DNA from: Coleofasciculaceae cyanobacterium
GTDB lineage: Bacteria; Cyanobacteriota; Vampirovibrionia; Vampirovibrionales; Vampirovibrionaceae
NCBI GenBank assembly: GCA_036703295.1
Contig: DATNPJ010000034.1
Location: forward strand, 262,451 to 326,450
Direction: 5' to 3'
Length of the DNA: 64,000 bases
In this document: one piece after another, positions 53,454 to 62,669 of the stretch
Layout of the letters: each line of letters begins with the position of its first letter
Numbering within the stretch: the first letter of the stretch is position 1
Notes under the pieces: generated by a model
The model's input: only the letters and a program-made list of their open reading frames with translations
Told to the model about the DNA's origin: nothing
The model's database searches: none
Program-made: the position numbers and the translations under genes

Positions 53454-54443
53454 ATGTCAGACAAGATTCTTCCTTTGGACTTTGAAAAACCTGTCATTGC
53501 AATGGAAGAGAAGATCGAGGAACTGATGCAGCTCAGCCAGGACTCCAAAATCGATTTCAACGAGGAAATTGCCAAGCTTCGCGCCCAGGCCGAGGATGTC
53601 AAATCCAAACTGTACCAGCGTCTGACGCCCTCCCAGAAATTGCAGATCGCCCGCCATCCCCAGCGCCCCAATTTGCTGGAAACGGTGAAGATGCTCTCGC
53701 CCAACATGTGGATCGAGTTGCGCGGCGACCGTGCGGGTTCCGATGACCGGGCCATCATTGGCGGCATCATCGAGCTGTCCACCGGTCCGGTGATGGTGGT
53801 GGGCACCCAAAAAGGCCGTGGGATGAAGGAAAACCTGGTTCATAACTTCGGGATGGCCCATCCCGAGGGCTACCGCAAAGCCTTGCGTCTTTTCTACCAT
53901 GCGGAAAAATTCAAGATGCCGGTGCTGACCGTGGTGGATACGCCCGGTGCTTATCCGGGGATTGCCGGGGAAGAGCATGGCATTGGCCAGGCGATTGCCT
54001 ACAACATCCGCGAACTGGCCCGCCTTCGGGTGCCGATTGTTTCGATTGTCACCGGGGAAGGTGCTTCCGGCGGTGCATTGGGAATCGGGGTGGCCAACCG
54101 CATCTACATGATGGAGCATGCCCTGTATACCGTGATTTCACCGGAAGGTTGCGCATCCATTCTCTGGCGCAGCGCCGAGTATGCTTCCCGTGCGGCGGAA
54201 GCCCTCCGTATTACCGCCCAGGATCTGCTGGAGTTTGGCATGGTGGACGGCATCATTGAAGAGCCCTCAGGCGGCGCGCATCACGATCCGGCGCTGGCCG
54301 CCCAGCGGATTCTGGAAACCGTGGAAACCGCATTTACCGAGCTGAAGGGCCTGAAGGCCGAACAGTTGGTGGATGACCGTTACGCCAAGTTCCGCAAAAT
54401 CGGCGCCTTCCAGGAGAGCAAGACTGCGGCGCTTTCTTCGTAG
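53454..54443 (+). CDS. accA: acetyl-CoA carboxylase carboxyltransferase alpha subunit
   Basis: LDFEKP, ARHPQRP, GDR...DD.AI.GG, NFGM..PEGYRKA, DTPGAYPG, GEGASGGALG, VISPEGCASILW. Confidence 0.96.
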   Translation: MSDKILPLDFEKPVIAMEEKIEELMQLSQDSKIDFNEEIAKLRAQAEDVKSKLYQRLTPSQKLQIARHPQRPNLLETVKMLSPNMWIELRGDRAGSDDRAIIGGIIELSTGPVMVVGTQKGRGMKENLVHNFGMAHPEGYRKALRLFYHAEKFKMPVLTVVDTPGAYPGIAGEEHGIGQAIAYNIRELARLRVPIVSIVTGEGASGGALGIGVANRIYMMEHALYTVISPEGCASILWRSAEYASRAAEALRITAQDLLEFGMVDGIIEEPSGGAHHDPALAAQRILETVETAFTELKGLKAEQLVDDRYAKFRKIGAFQESKTAALSS

Positions 54444-54733
54444 GTTGGTCCTTCCGGTTTTGAAGAGATCTGTTGCCTTTGCCCGCAGGGCGGTGTTATT
54501 GAACTATCGTTCCAGGTGTTTGGGTTTGGCTGCCGGGAACTCCTTCTGTCGCAGAGATGGGGTGCCGGAAGCCTTTCAGCCCTGTGAAACGGCTTGTTGT
54601 TAAGGATTGTAAATGTTTGCATATCCTTCGGGGGATTGCTAGCACCAGATTTGCTTGACCCCGTTCATGCAAGTGCAAGCAAACACAAAACGAAAGACGC
54701 CCCTTACCGGGAGATGATGAGGAAGTTTTTCCA

Positions 54734-55015
54734 ATGGCTACAACGTATCATGCCCTGACTACTTTCAACGTCAATGAACTTGAGAACCTGCCGGAATACG
54801 AAGGCACCAGCCAACGTTTTCTGGAAGGCTTCCCCCCGTTCGTGATGTTGAAAAAGGAGCAGGCCGTCCGCACGCTGCTGAAAGAGGAAATCCCCAATGA
54901 GACCCTGGTGAAAAACCCGGATTTCATTGCGGCGATTGCCAACCGCGTGGTGGACGAAGCCCTGGTTGAAAAGCGCTATATTTTCCTGTCTCTGAATCCG
55001 GTCGTTCCTGCTTAG
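54734..55015 (+). CDS. small hypothetical protein (93 aa)
   Basis: GAGGA RBS; host-like codon usage; globular-looking sequence; terminator downstream. Confidence 0.7.
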   Translation: MATTYHALTTFNVNELENLPEYEGTSQRFLEGFPPFVMLKKEQAVRTLLKEEIPNETLVKNPDFIAAIANRVVDEALVEKRYIFLSLNPVVPA

Positions 55016-55107
55016 GCAGGAACCCGGACCAAGAGCGGATTTTTGCTGTTCCATTTTTCTGTAATTTGGGGCGGCAAATGACCTGAAATAAAACTGTTGT
55101 TCTCCTG

Positions 55108-55140
55108 GCCAGCTCCCCGACGCAGGGTGCTGGCTTTTTT
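55108..55140 (+). terminator. intrinsic terminator
   Basis: GCCAGC...GCTGGC stem followed by a T-tract. Confidence 0.7.
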
Positions 55141-55192
55141 CTTGGATTGTAAATAATTGTTTCTTTTGGATATCTCCGGTATCTCCAGCCTT

Positions 55193-55219
55193 TGAAGTTT
55201 TGGTCAATCCTGCCGATAC
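55193..55219 (+). promoter_or_regulatory. sigma-28-type promoter
   Basis: TGAAGTTT-N11-GCCGATAC (7/8 and 7/8), 34 nt upstream of ATG 55253. Confidence 0.75.
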
Positions 55220-55252
55220 CACACTTGGTTATCAAACAGGGTTGGTTCAAAG

Positions 55253-56587
55253 ATGAGTGTTAACGTGCCACAACTGACGCTCTTTCCCCTGTACCGGGGT
55301 GGTCCTCAGGTGCAGGGCAGAAGCGGTGTCAGCGCAAATTCTGCCTTCTACACCCAGGCCAACGGCTTTTCTCCCGCCTATGCCGTGAACATTCCGCCCA
55401 CCACCAGCCGGGATTTTTCAACCAACTACCTGACCCTGGGTAACAGCGGCAGCAAGCGTATCGAGCAGCGCGCCACCAGCCAAATCCGAGATTTCGATCG
55501 GCCGGTCTGGCTGGGTGATATTCCGGGCAGTATCCGGCAGGCTCCGGTGCCTGCGGTGGCGCCGGTCATCCCGAATATTTACCAGGCGATGGCCGACCTG
55601 CTGGCCGTGACTGATGCCCATTACGACGATTTGATGGCTCAGCCTTCGTTCCGGATTCCGACCATCGGGTTGGGACTGAAAGTGACCACGGATGGGATGG
55701 GTGGGGTGGATACGATCGAGATCAGTCCCAGCTCCCGCAAGGCCAACCCGCAACTTGGCGCGACCAGCCCTGATTTCCCGCTGCAAAATCGGACGGATGT
55801 AACTTCCGGGGCTATGGTCGGCGCGGACACTGGGGTGGGACTGAGCATAAAACGGCCTGTGAAACCGACCTCCACCATCGATAACCCGCCTCAGCCTATT
55901 AATGCTCACCAGTCCGGTTTGGGAGATCTCTCAAATCCTTTCCAAAAAGACTTGGGCCGCAATGCAGGTATCTTTAATCTTCAGCGCCCCGGCGCTCTCC
56001 CACCGCAACCACCCGTGAATTTCCGGGAATTGAACCCCATTCAGCAGCGCCTGTTTCAATTGCAGCCCCCCGAGTTGGGTCTGGCAGTGTCCGGAGCCGG
56101 GGCCGCCGTGGCGGCGGACCAGGCGCGCCAGATTGCCACGGTGCAGGCCCGCCTGGAAGTAAACACCAGCACCCGCACCAAGGATAACATCGCCAATCTG
56201 GCTAGCGGCAGCAAACAAACGGAAAGCTACGCCGCCGCCTTTCGTCCGCAGAACCTAGACGGTCGCATTCCCATGGCACCGTCGCTGCCCAATGCTTTTG
56301 CCAATGCGGGCGGGGCCAGCACGGGCTTTGGTGGCAACGAGGGCTTTAACATGGGCGGTGCCGTGTCAGATGCCATGAACCGCAAGGGCCGGGGCGGCTA
56401 CATCCCGTTCCAGATGCAAGGACAGGATGCGGGCACTTCCGGCAGCGGTACCGGGGCCAGCCCATTCTTCAGCGGCGGCAATCAACAAGGCGGCATGGGT
56501 TTTGGAGCCGGCCAAGGTGGCATGAGCTTCGGCAGCCAGGGCGAGCAACCCCGCCAGCGCCGCAGACCTTTGGCCTTTACGGCTTGA
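55253..56587 (+). CDS. Pro/Gly/Gln-rich, probably largely disordered hypothetical protein (444 aa)
   Basis: Long ORF with host-like codon usage; low-complexity Gly-rich C-terminus ending RRRPLAFTA. Confidence 0.75.
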   Translation: MSVNVPQLTLFPLYRGGPQVQGRSGVSANSAFYTQANGFSPAYAVNIPPTTSRDFSTNYLTLGNSGSKRIEQRATSQIRDFDRPVWLGDIPGSIRQAPVPAVAPVIPNIYQAMADLLAVTDAHYDDLMAQPSFRIPTIGLGLKVTTDGMGGVDTIEISPSSRKANPQLGATSPDFPLQNRTDVTSGAMVGADTGVGLSIKRPVKPTSTIDNPPQPINAHQSGLGDLSNPFQKDLGRNAGIFNLQRPGALPPQPPVNFRELNPIQQRLFQLQPPELGLAVSGAGAAVAADQARQIATVQARLEVNTSTRTKDNIANLASGSKQTESYAAAFRPQNLDGRIPMAPSLPNAFANAGGASTGFGGNEGFNMGGAVSDAMNRKGRGGYIPFQMQGQDAGTSGSGTGASPFFSGGNQQGGMGFGAGQGGMSFGSQGEQPRQRRRPLAFTA

Positions 56588-57418
56588 TTACAGGACATTC
56601 AGCAACTTGTGAGTCTGGGGGATGACCCGCACGTCCTCGAAGTGGGCGGTCAGGGTTTGTTCGATTTCCAGAATGCGCTGGGGCGGCACATGCACGGTGC
56701 GATCAATCAGGCTGGTTTCCGGCTGCAAGATGATGGGCGTGTTCCGGTCGGTGACGATGGCTTTCACTGCTTCCAGCTCTTCTGGTGTGGTTTGCGCATT
56801 AAAAACCAGTTTGACGAAGCATTCTTTGCCGGGCGCGTGGGCCAGTTCGTAAAACCGGGCGTGGTTTTCGTATTGGGGTGGCTCGTGGGTGGCTGAGGGC
56901 AGCTTGATGTCCATGGCGATGATATCCACCCAGGGCAGCACGGCCTGCAAAAATTCGGGCTGGGTGCCGCTGGTTTCCAGGTAAACCGGGGCCAGCTTCT
57001 GGATGTGTGGTAGGACTTCCTTCAGGAAAGCGTGATAGAGCAAGGGCTCTCCGCCGGTAAAGCTCACGCTGTGGTGTCGGGTGGTCTTGAGCAGGCTGGT
57101 GATGATAGCCACCAGTGTTTCTGGTGGCATGGGGTTGGGATAGTAGGAAACCTGTCCGCTGCCTGGGGGATTCTCTACGTGGCATTGCCCGCTGGCCGAA
57201 GTCATGGGGGTATCGCAGTAGGCGCACTTTAAATGGCAATGGGCAAAGCGCACAAAGACCTGCCGCTTGCCCACGTGGATGCCTTCTCCTTGAATCGAGG
57301 AGAAAATCTCCTGCAATGGGGCCAGCTTGCTTCCCGGAGGCTGCAAACCGGCGCTGGTGGCCTGGGCTTCGGTTGAAGATGGTGGTATCATAGAAGGTCC
57401 GGTGGTTGTAATGGTCAA
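56588..57418 (-). CDS. queE: 7-carboxy-7-deazaguanine synthase (radical SAM)
   Basis: EIF.SIQGEG..VG..QVFVRF..C.LKC.YCDT, SFTGGEPL, YLET.G, MD.KL, LQP, R..PQ.HK.L. Confidence 0.88.
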   Translation of the reverse strand: MTITTTGPSMIPPSSTEAQATSAGLQPPGSKLAPLQEIFSSIQGEGIHVGKRQVFVRFAHCHLKCAYCDTPMTSASGQCHVENPPGSGQVSYYPNPMPPETLVAIITSLLKTTRHHSVSFTGGEPLLYHAFLKEVLPHIQKLAPVYLETSGTQPEFLQAVLPWVDIIAMDIKLPSATHEPPQYENHARFYELAHAPGKECFVKLVFNAQTTPEELEAVKAIVTDRNTPIILQPETSLIDRTVHVPPQRILEIEQTLTAHFEDVRVIPQTHKLLNVL

Positions 57419-57500
57419 TGGTACGACAAGACTCGCATTTGATTGTAATCCAAGCGGGGAAACTTGTCTCGCAACCGCTCGTCGTTTGCTATAGTTCTGT

Positions 57501-59969
57501 TTGGGCCATCAGCGCCCTCCTCAAGAAGAGAAGAAGGAGTCTTTGGTGAAGCGGTTGAAGAAAGCGGCCTGGATGGGCTTGGCCTCCCTGCTGATAGTCG
57601 TGACGATGCTTGCCAACAGTGGTTCGGCCCAGTTGGCCATTCGGTTGGTTGCTGCTGACGGCACCACTTCCGACGTAACCGCCAAGAACATGCCCCGGGG
57701 AGAAGAATCGCTGGTGCTTTACGACCAGGCGTTCGGCAAGACCACCCGGACCAATCCCTTCGGCGTGGAAGTGATTGCCCTGCCTGCGGAGAACAAAGTC
57801 GAGAACGGGCGGGCCTACAAGGTGGTCAAGGTCACCAGCGTCTGGCAATGCGAGACCGGCACCGAGCAGACCGAATGCGGCGACGCGGAGATTCCCAGAA
57901 ACGGGGTGGTGCTTTCCGCCACCGGCAGCAAGCGGGACTTGCTGAAAGACTACAAGCCCGGAGATACCCTGGTTCTGCAAGAAGACTGGTTCCATCGCAA
58001 GCAGGCCCCCATCAACGTGGTTGATCCCTCGCCGGAAACCAACCCTGCGGGTTCCGGCTTTCCGGGATTCCGGGCTTCCAACCAGCTCATTATTTATGAT
58101 GCCGGTTACGGGCGCCCCACCACCGGCACCAACGAGTTCGGTTTTGAAGTGACCGTTGAGAACGGGCTGGTGACGGAACAGGAAGGCTCCGATTCCGCGA
58201 TTCCTGCTGCAAACGGGTTTGTGGTCAGCGGGCATGGACGCAGCCGCAGTTGGTTGATTGCCAACGCGCCCCTCGGGGCCAAACTGGAGTACGACCCGGC
58301 CACACAGACCTTGACCTCGACGATTGATTTCAATACCTATGCCTATCAGTTTGATAAACGTTGGTACGAAGGCCCGTGCAGCGGCAAGCTGCTGTCCGGC
58401 AACCAGGATCCCGGCTGCGATGAGATTCGCAAGAGCCACGATCAGGCCCTGCGCTTGTTCCATGACGGTCGCGAAGCATTGGCGGCCGCAACCATGAACG
58501 ATGCTCTGGAGCGTCTAAATCGCCGGGTCTGGCTGGGTTATACCGCTTTTTCAGGTGATACGGTCCGGGGGGCTTGGCATCGCCCGGTTGAAAAGAACCG
58601 CGTCGCCATCGGGCAAACCCTGGACACCCTGAAGGAAGCCGGTCTGAACAGCGTGTTCCTGGAGACTTTCTTCCATGGCTATACCATTTTTCCTTCGCAA
58701 ACCTTTGCCAACTACGGCATGGTGAACGAGAATCCTAAATTTGCCGGGGTGGATCTCCTGAAGCTTTGGGTGGAGGAGGCCCATAAGCGGGGTATGAAGG
58801 TGCATGTCTGGTTTCAGACCTTCTATGGCGGCACCAAGGCTTATATGCCGCCTGGGCCGATTCTGACGAAGCATCCCGAATGGGCCAACGTGCAGTTTTC
58901 CGCGCTCAAGCCCGAGCCTGCCCCTGAACAGAACGGGGAGAATGGGATTAACGGCAAGGCGGCTCATCGCAACGGCGCTAAACCGTCCGGTGCCCCTATC
59001 CCTTCTTCTGCCAGTAAAAAGACAGCGCACGGCGCTGCCAAGAAGTGGCATGTCCCTCCCTCCGTGAACGCCGGGGCATTGGCCAACGGAACGGCCGAAC
59101 CGGCTCCCCGGCCCAAGCTGGTAACGCCGGATCAACCGATGCCCTCCAATCTGGAACTGGGCGGTTATTTCCTGGATCCGGCAAACCCGGCTGTGCAGGA
59201 TTTCCTGGCGAAATTGTCTCTGGAGATTGTCAGCCGTTACGATGTAGATGGCATTCAACTGGATTACATCCGGTACCCGGCCAGCTTTCCCCCGGAGCGC
59301 TTCAGTTACCGGCGTACCACCTGGGGCTATACCAAAATCGCCCGAAACGCCTTCAAATCGCGTTACGGGGTAGATCCGGCCGAAGTGGATCCCAAGGATC
59401 CTCGGGCCGAAGAGCTGTGGACCGCCTGGAACAACTTCAAGACCGAGCAGGTGACGCACTTCGTGGAACGGGTGACCAAGGCTATCCGGGCGCAGCGTCC
59501 CGGTATTAAAATCTCGGCGGCCGTTTTTCCGGATGCCGAAGCGGCCCTGCTGATGAAGCACCAGGATTGGCAGTGCTGGGCACGAAATGGCTGGGTGGAT
59601 TTCTTCGCCCCCATGACGCTGACCAGCGCCATCAAGGTGGTGGAACACGATACCCGCTACATGGTGAACGCGACCAATGGCAAGGTGCCGGTGTATTCTG
59701 GGATTTTTGGGCCGTTTAACGACAACAGCGCCGAGCACATCCTGCGGCAGATCAACACCGCGAAAACCGCCGGCGCCAGCGGCTACGTGTTGTTTGATAC
59801 CGCCCATCTCTCCGCACGCATGCTGGAGGCCCTGAAGGCCATCCAGAGCCCCCAGCCGATCGTGACGACACCGGAGCCGGTCGCTTCTCCGTCAGCCCCC
59901 GTTCCCTCATCCGAGCAACCGGCCAAGCAGAAAAAGCGCCACTGGTGGCAACGGAGAGGAAAAATTTAG
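57501..59969 (+). CDS. GHL10 (family 10 glycosylhydrolase-like, DUF187) protein with duplicated N-terminal beta domains
   Basis: RG.W, L...G.N.VF.E.F..G..I.PS, DLL...VEEAH.RG.KVH.WF, .LDPANP.VQ, Y.VDGIQLDYIRYP, S.AVFP, QDW..W...G.VD...PM. Confidence 0.82.
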   Translation: MGHQRPPQEEKKESLVKRLKKAAWMGLASLLIVVTMLANSGSAQLAIRLVAADGTTSDVTAKNMPRGEESLVLYDQAFGKTTRTNPFGVEVIALPAENKVENGRAYKVVKVTSVWQCETGTEQTECGDAEIPRNGVVLSATGSKRDLLKDYKPGDTLVLQEDWFHRKQAPINVVDPSPETNPAGSGFPGFRASNQLIIYDAGYGRPTTGTNEFGFEVTVENGLVTEQEGSDSAIPAANGFVVSGHGRSRSWLIANAPLGAKLEYDPATQTLTSTIDFNTYAYQFDKRWYEGPCSGKLLSGNQDPGCDEIRKSHDQALRLFHDGREALAAATMNDALERLNRRVWLGYTAFSGDTVRGAWHRPVEKNRVAIGQTLDTLKEAGLNSVFLETFFHGYTIFPSQTFANYGMVNENPKFAGVDLLKLWVEEAHKRGMKVHVWFQTFYGGTKAYMPPGPILTKHPEWANVQFSALKPEPAPEQNGENGINGKAAHRNGAKPSGAPIPSSASKKTAHGAAKKWHVPPSVNAGALANGTAEPAPRPKLVTPDQPMPSNLELGGYFLDPANPAVQDFLAKLSLEIVSRYDVDGIQLDYIRYPASFPPERFSYRRTTWGYTKIARNAFKSRYGVDPAEVDPKDPRAEELWTAWNNFKTEQVTHFVERVTKAIRAQRPGIKISAAVFPDAEAALLMKHQDWQCWARNGWVDFFAPMTLTSAIKVVEHDTRYMVNATNGKVPVYSGIFGPFNDNSAEHILRQINTAKTAGASGYVLFDTAHLSARMLEALKAIQSPQPIVTTPEPVASPSAPVPSSEQPAKQKKRHWWQRRGKI

Positions 59970-59980
59970 TGTCCTTGACC

Positions 59981-60241
59981 TCAGGCGATTAAGAAGAGCC
60001 CTGAATCTTGTAGCTTCTCTTCGACCTGTAAGAGGCGTGCTTTGCTGCCCGGGAAGTAAAAGGGAATGCCCGACTGTAACAGCTTGGCCACCAAGCCGAG
60101 TTGGTTCTCTGGAGTGGGGACTAGCCTTACCAGGGGAAGGTCATCCTGAGAAACCTGGACAGCAGGGCCAAAGTTGTGTATAAATTTGCACTTTTCCGGG
60201 CTATAAGGGAAATAAATGGGTGGCAAATATCTGGTAGACAT
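59981..60241 (-). CDS. small AT-rich hypothetical protein (86 aa)
   Basis: AGGAAGGAG RBS before the ATG; no recognisable motif. Confidence 0.55.
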   Translation of the reverse strand: MSTRYLPPIYFPYSPEKCKFIHNFGPAVQVSQDDLPLVRLVPTPENQLGLVAKLLQSGIPFYFPGSKARLLQVEEKLQDSGLFLIA

Positions 60242-60449
60242 AACTCTCCTTCCTTTTTATTAAAATTTTTATTGATAAGGATTTATGGAATCTAGCAAAA
60301 GGGTCGCGGGAATTCAATTTCGAATGATGAGTGACTCCTCTCTTTGCAAAACATGAGTCGTTCGTTATAATACGCATATGCTTTAGGCTATTCATTTGTG
60401 CAATAGTCGAGCTTACTGGCATCACAGGCCAAAGGATAGAGAGAGACAA

Positions 60450-60764
60450 GTGAATTATCAATTGTGTCGGTGGTACGATCCTTACCCCCGGCTGGCATTC
60501 GCCTTGAAGTTGCTATACCTGGCTCCGGGGAGCCTTCAGAACAGGGCTGCCCAGGAGCTGCAACGTTTTCTGGGGGAAGACTGGGGAAGCGCCGCGACGG
60601 AAAAGGCCCGGCATGCAGCCGAGACAAACCCCAAGGGCAAGCGCTGGTACGATGAGGATTTCGATACGGCCCAGGCGGTCGAACTCATCAAAATAAGCCC
60701 CGAGTCTATGAAAAGCCGGGCAGCCGATACGCTGCTGGAGATCCTGATCGCCGATTGCGCCTAG
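60450..60764 (+). CDS. hypothetical protein with duplicated RWYD motif
   Basis: GTG start after a purine-rich RBS; RWYDPYPRLAFAL and RWYDEDFDTAQAV; terminator downstream. Confidence 0.72.
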   Translation: MNYQLCRWYDPYPRLAFALKLLYLAPGSLQNRAAQELQRFLGEDWGSAATEKARHAAETNPKGKRWYDEDFDTAQAVELIKISPESMKSRAADTLLEILIADCA

Positions 60765-60798
60765 GTGCCATGATCGATCGGATCAGTGTTTGGGATCC

Positions 60799-60834
60799 CC
60801 CGCGATCTGAAAACCCATGCAGATCGCGGGTTTT
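60799..60834 (+). terminator. intrinsic terminator
   Basis: CCCGCGATCTG / CAGATCGCGGG 11-bp stem followed by TTTT. Confidence 0.8.
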
Positions 60835-61087
60835 CGGATCGCGAAGTGTAAATGTTTCTTCAAGATCGGCTGTTTTCACATGACAGAGGAATATCAGCAA
60901 ATATAGAATTGCTTAAACTCTAACTCTCTATCCTTTGTGCCTATGCATGCCTCCGGCCTGCAAGGCTTTTTTTTTGAGGGGTTTTTTTTAGAGGCCCAGA
61001 AGAAAGATGCCAGCCGAAGAGGCCGGTACTGACTGCTCAGTTTAAAGGCTGTTGGTCCTGATTGGCTTCAAGTTCGTTCACATATCC

Positions 61088-61114
61088 TTCAGAAATTCAC
61101 TGTTCCTTCGAAAA
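61088..61114 (+). promoter_or_regulatory. variant sigma-28-like promoter motif
   Basis: TTCAGAAA-N11-TTCGAAAA, 38 nt before ATG 61152; same geometry as the motifs at 61463 and 62670. Confidence 0.45.
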
Positions 61115-61151
61115 CATGGGTAGCGGATCTGAAGTGATAGGATTGTTGTGA

Positions 61152-61379
61152 ATGCGGCTTGCGCAAGATTCAAAAAACACCACATTACTGCAATACGGCT
61201 TGATCATCTGCCTTTTTGCCTTGCTGACCATGGGTGCTTTGGTGTTGCTCGAATTTGCTGCTCCGGATGCGTCAGGCGGAATCCGGCAGTCCCGGAGTGT
61301 TTTGATTCGGTTAGCCAACATGGATTCCCTCACCCGGGACCATTCCCCTGTTCCTGAACCCTCGGTGAGTGCCGAGTAA
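61152..61379 (+). CDS. short degenerate Flp-like pilin (75 aa)
   Basis: N|TTLLQYGLIICLFALLTMGAL is Flp-like, but Gly-1 reads Asn and Glu+5 reads Gln; first of three tandem pilin-like genes. Confidence 0.55.
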   Translation: MRLAQDSKNTTLLQYGLIICLFALLTMGALVLLEFAAPDASGGIRQSRSVLIRLANMDSLTRDHSPVPEPSVSAE

Positions 61380-61462
61380 GAGGCCTCACCGAGGGTTCAG
61401 CAATAGCTGCTGTGCGATGTGCGCCGAGTGGATTACAAGATGTAACAATCGGTCCAAGGCGC

Positions 61463-61489
61463 TTCAGAAATTTTCCGAATGACCGAAGA
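61463..61489 (+). promoter_or_regulatory. variant sigma-28-like promoter motif
   Basis: TTCAGAAA-N11-ACCGAAGA, 46 nt before ATG 61535. Confidence 0.45.
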
Positions 61490-61534
61490 GAAATACGAAG
61501 TTAAGGATTAGGATCGAAAGAGGCCAAGAAACCA

Positions 61535-62548
61535 ATGATGATTTTTGTTTGCCGAGGCAGCGCGTTGACCGAATATGGCCTGATTCTAGGCTTGGTGGTG
61601 CTGCTCGGTGTGGCTGGCTTACAGGTCACCGGGGGGTCCGTCAGTTCTCTGCTGGGTGGCTTTGAAAAAAATGACACTACCGTTGCCAAAATGATGAGTT
61701 TGAATTTTGGATCGGGCAGCACCACCACGAGCTCACAGGGAGGTCCAAATGGTTCCGTTTCCTTGTCGGGTTCTGGTTATTATACATTCGTGACGGATCC
61801 CGCTACCGGGATGCCGACTCTGCAGATGACGGACTCGGGTTCCGGCGCCGTATCCAACGCGACCAGCGTGGATGGCCAGCAATGGAACGTCTTGGGCGGC
61901 ATGCGCTTGGCCGGTTCCCTGGAACAAATGGCCTCCTCGCAGACCGATCCTGCGGTTTCCCAGTATTTACAAAAGATGGCAACCCTGAGTTATTATCTGG
62001 GTGGCGCCGAGGGGGAACTCGATGGTGTTCCCGGCCTGGAACTGGATGATAATTACGGCAATTTGGATGCTTATCTGGATATTGAAAAGTATAAGGGACA
62101 ATTGAACGCCCTGTTGAGTAACCCTCCGGCGGGGATGAGCCAGCAGACATACCGGGAGGCGATGCCATTGGCTGCGGATGCCTATAATATTGCGCAGGCT
62201 TATTATCAACATTTGGAGCCGGTGGTTGCCAAGCATCCCGATCAGAATTTTTATCTTCCTCAGTACGAAAATCTGGATTTTGGTACAGGGAAAGTAAGCG
62301 AGGCTTTGACGTCACCCACTTCCGAGTTTACCTATCAACCGACGTTCCCACCCAGTGGAGAGTCATTTGCTCAGGTGATGTCGCTACAGGAATTGAAAAC
62401 GGCTTCGACACAGATGTTGAAAGATAACAAGGTGACTTCGGATCCGGTGGTCAGCACCCTGACGGACGCAACCCAACTGGATCAGACTTCAATGAGCGGG
62501 TCCGGTACAACGGTTCCTCCCCAGATGGCTACCACGGCTGCCCCATGA
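61535..62548 (+). CDS. giant Flp/type IVb-like prepilin (337 aa), paralog 2
   Basis: MMIFVCRG|SALTEYGLILGLVVLLGVAGL, followed by about 300 aa that align with the paralogs at 62733 and 41288. Confidence 0.82.
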   Translation: MMIFVCRGSALTEYGLILGLVVLLGVAGLQVTGGSVSSLLGGFEKNDTTVAKMMSLNFGSGSTTTSSQGGPNGSVSLSGSGYYTFVTDPATGMPTLQMTDSGSGAVSNATSVDGQQWNVLGGMRLAGSLEQMASSQTDPAVSQYLQKMATLSYYLGGAEGELDGVPGLELDDNYGNLDAYLDIEKYKGQLNALLSNPPAGMSQQTYREAMPLAADAYNIAQAYYQHLEPVVAKHPDQNFYLPQYENLDFGTGKVSEALTSPTSEFTYQPTFPPSGESFAQVMSLQELKTASTQMLKDNKVTSDPVVSTLTDATQLDQTSMSGSGTTVPPQMATTAAP

Positions 62549-62669
62549 TCCGTGATTCTGGCATAACTGGATTTACCAACGTTAGCACCGATGAGGCTAG
62601 TATTTTGGCCGCACAGAGAGGCTCTTTTTATTCGGTTTAACGAAATGTTAAATTTTTGCGATGCCGGGA

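Noticed and set aside
54380-54622. 80-aa minus-strand ORF starting at GAAGGATATG
   Set aside because: It overlaps the accA 3' end, has an atypical composition, and lies in a region better explained as structured RNA.
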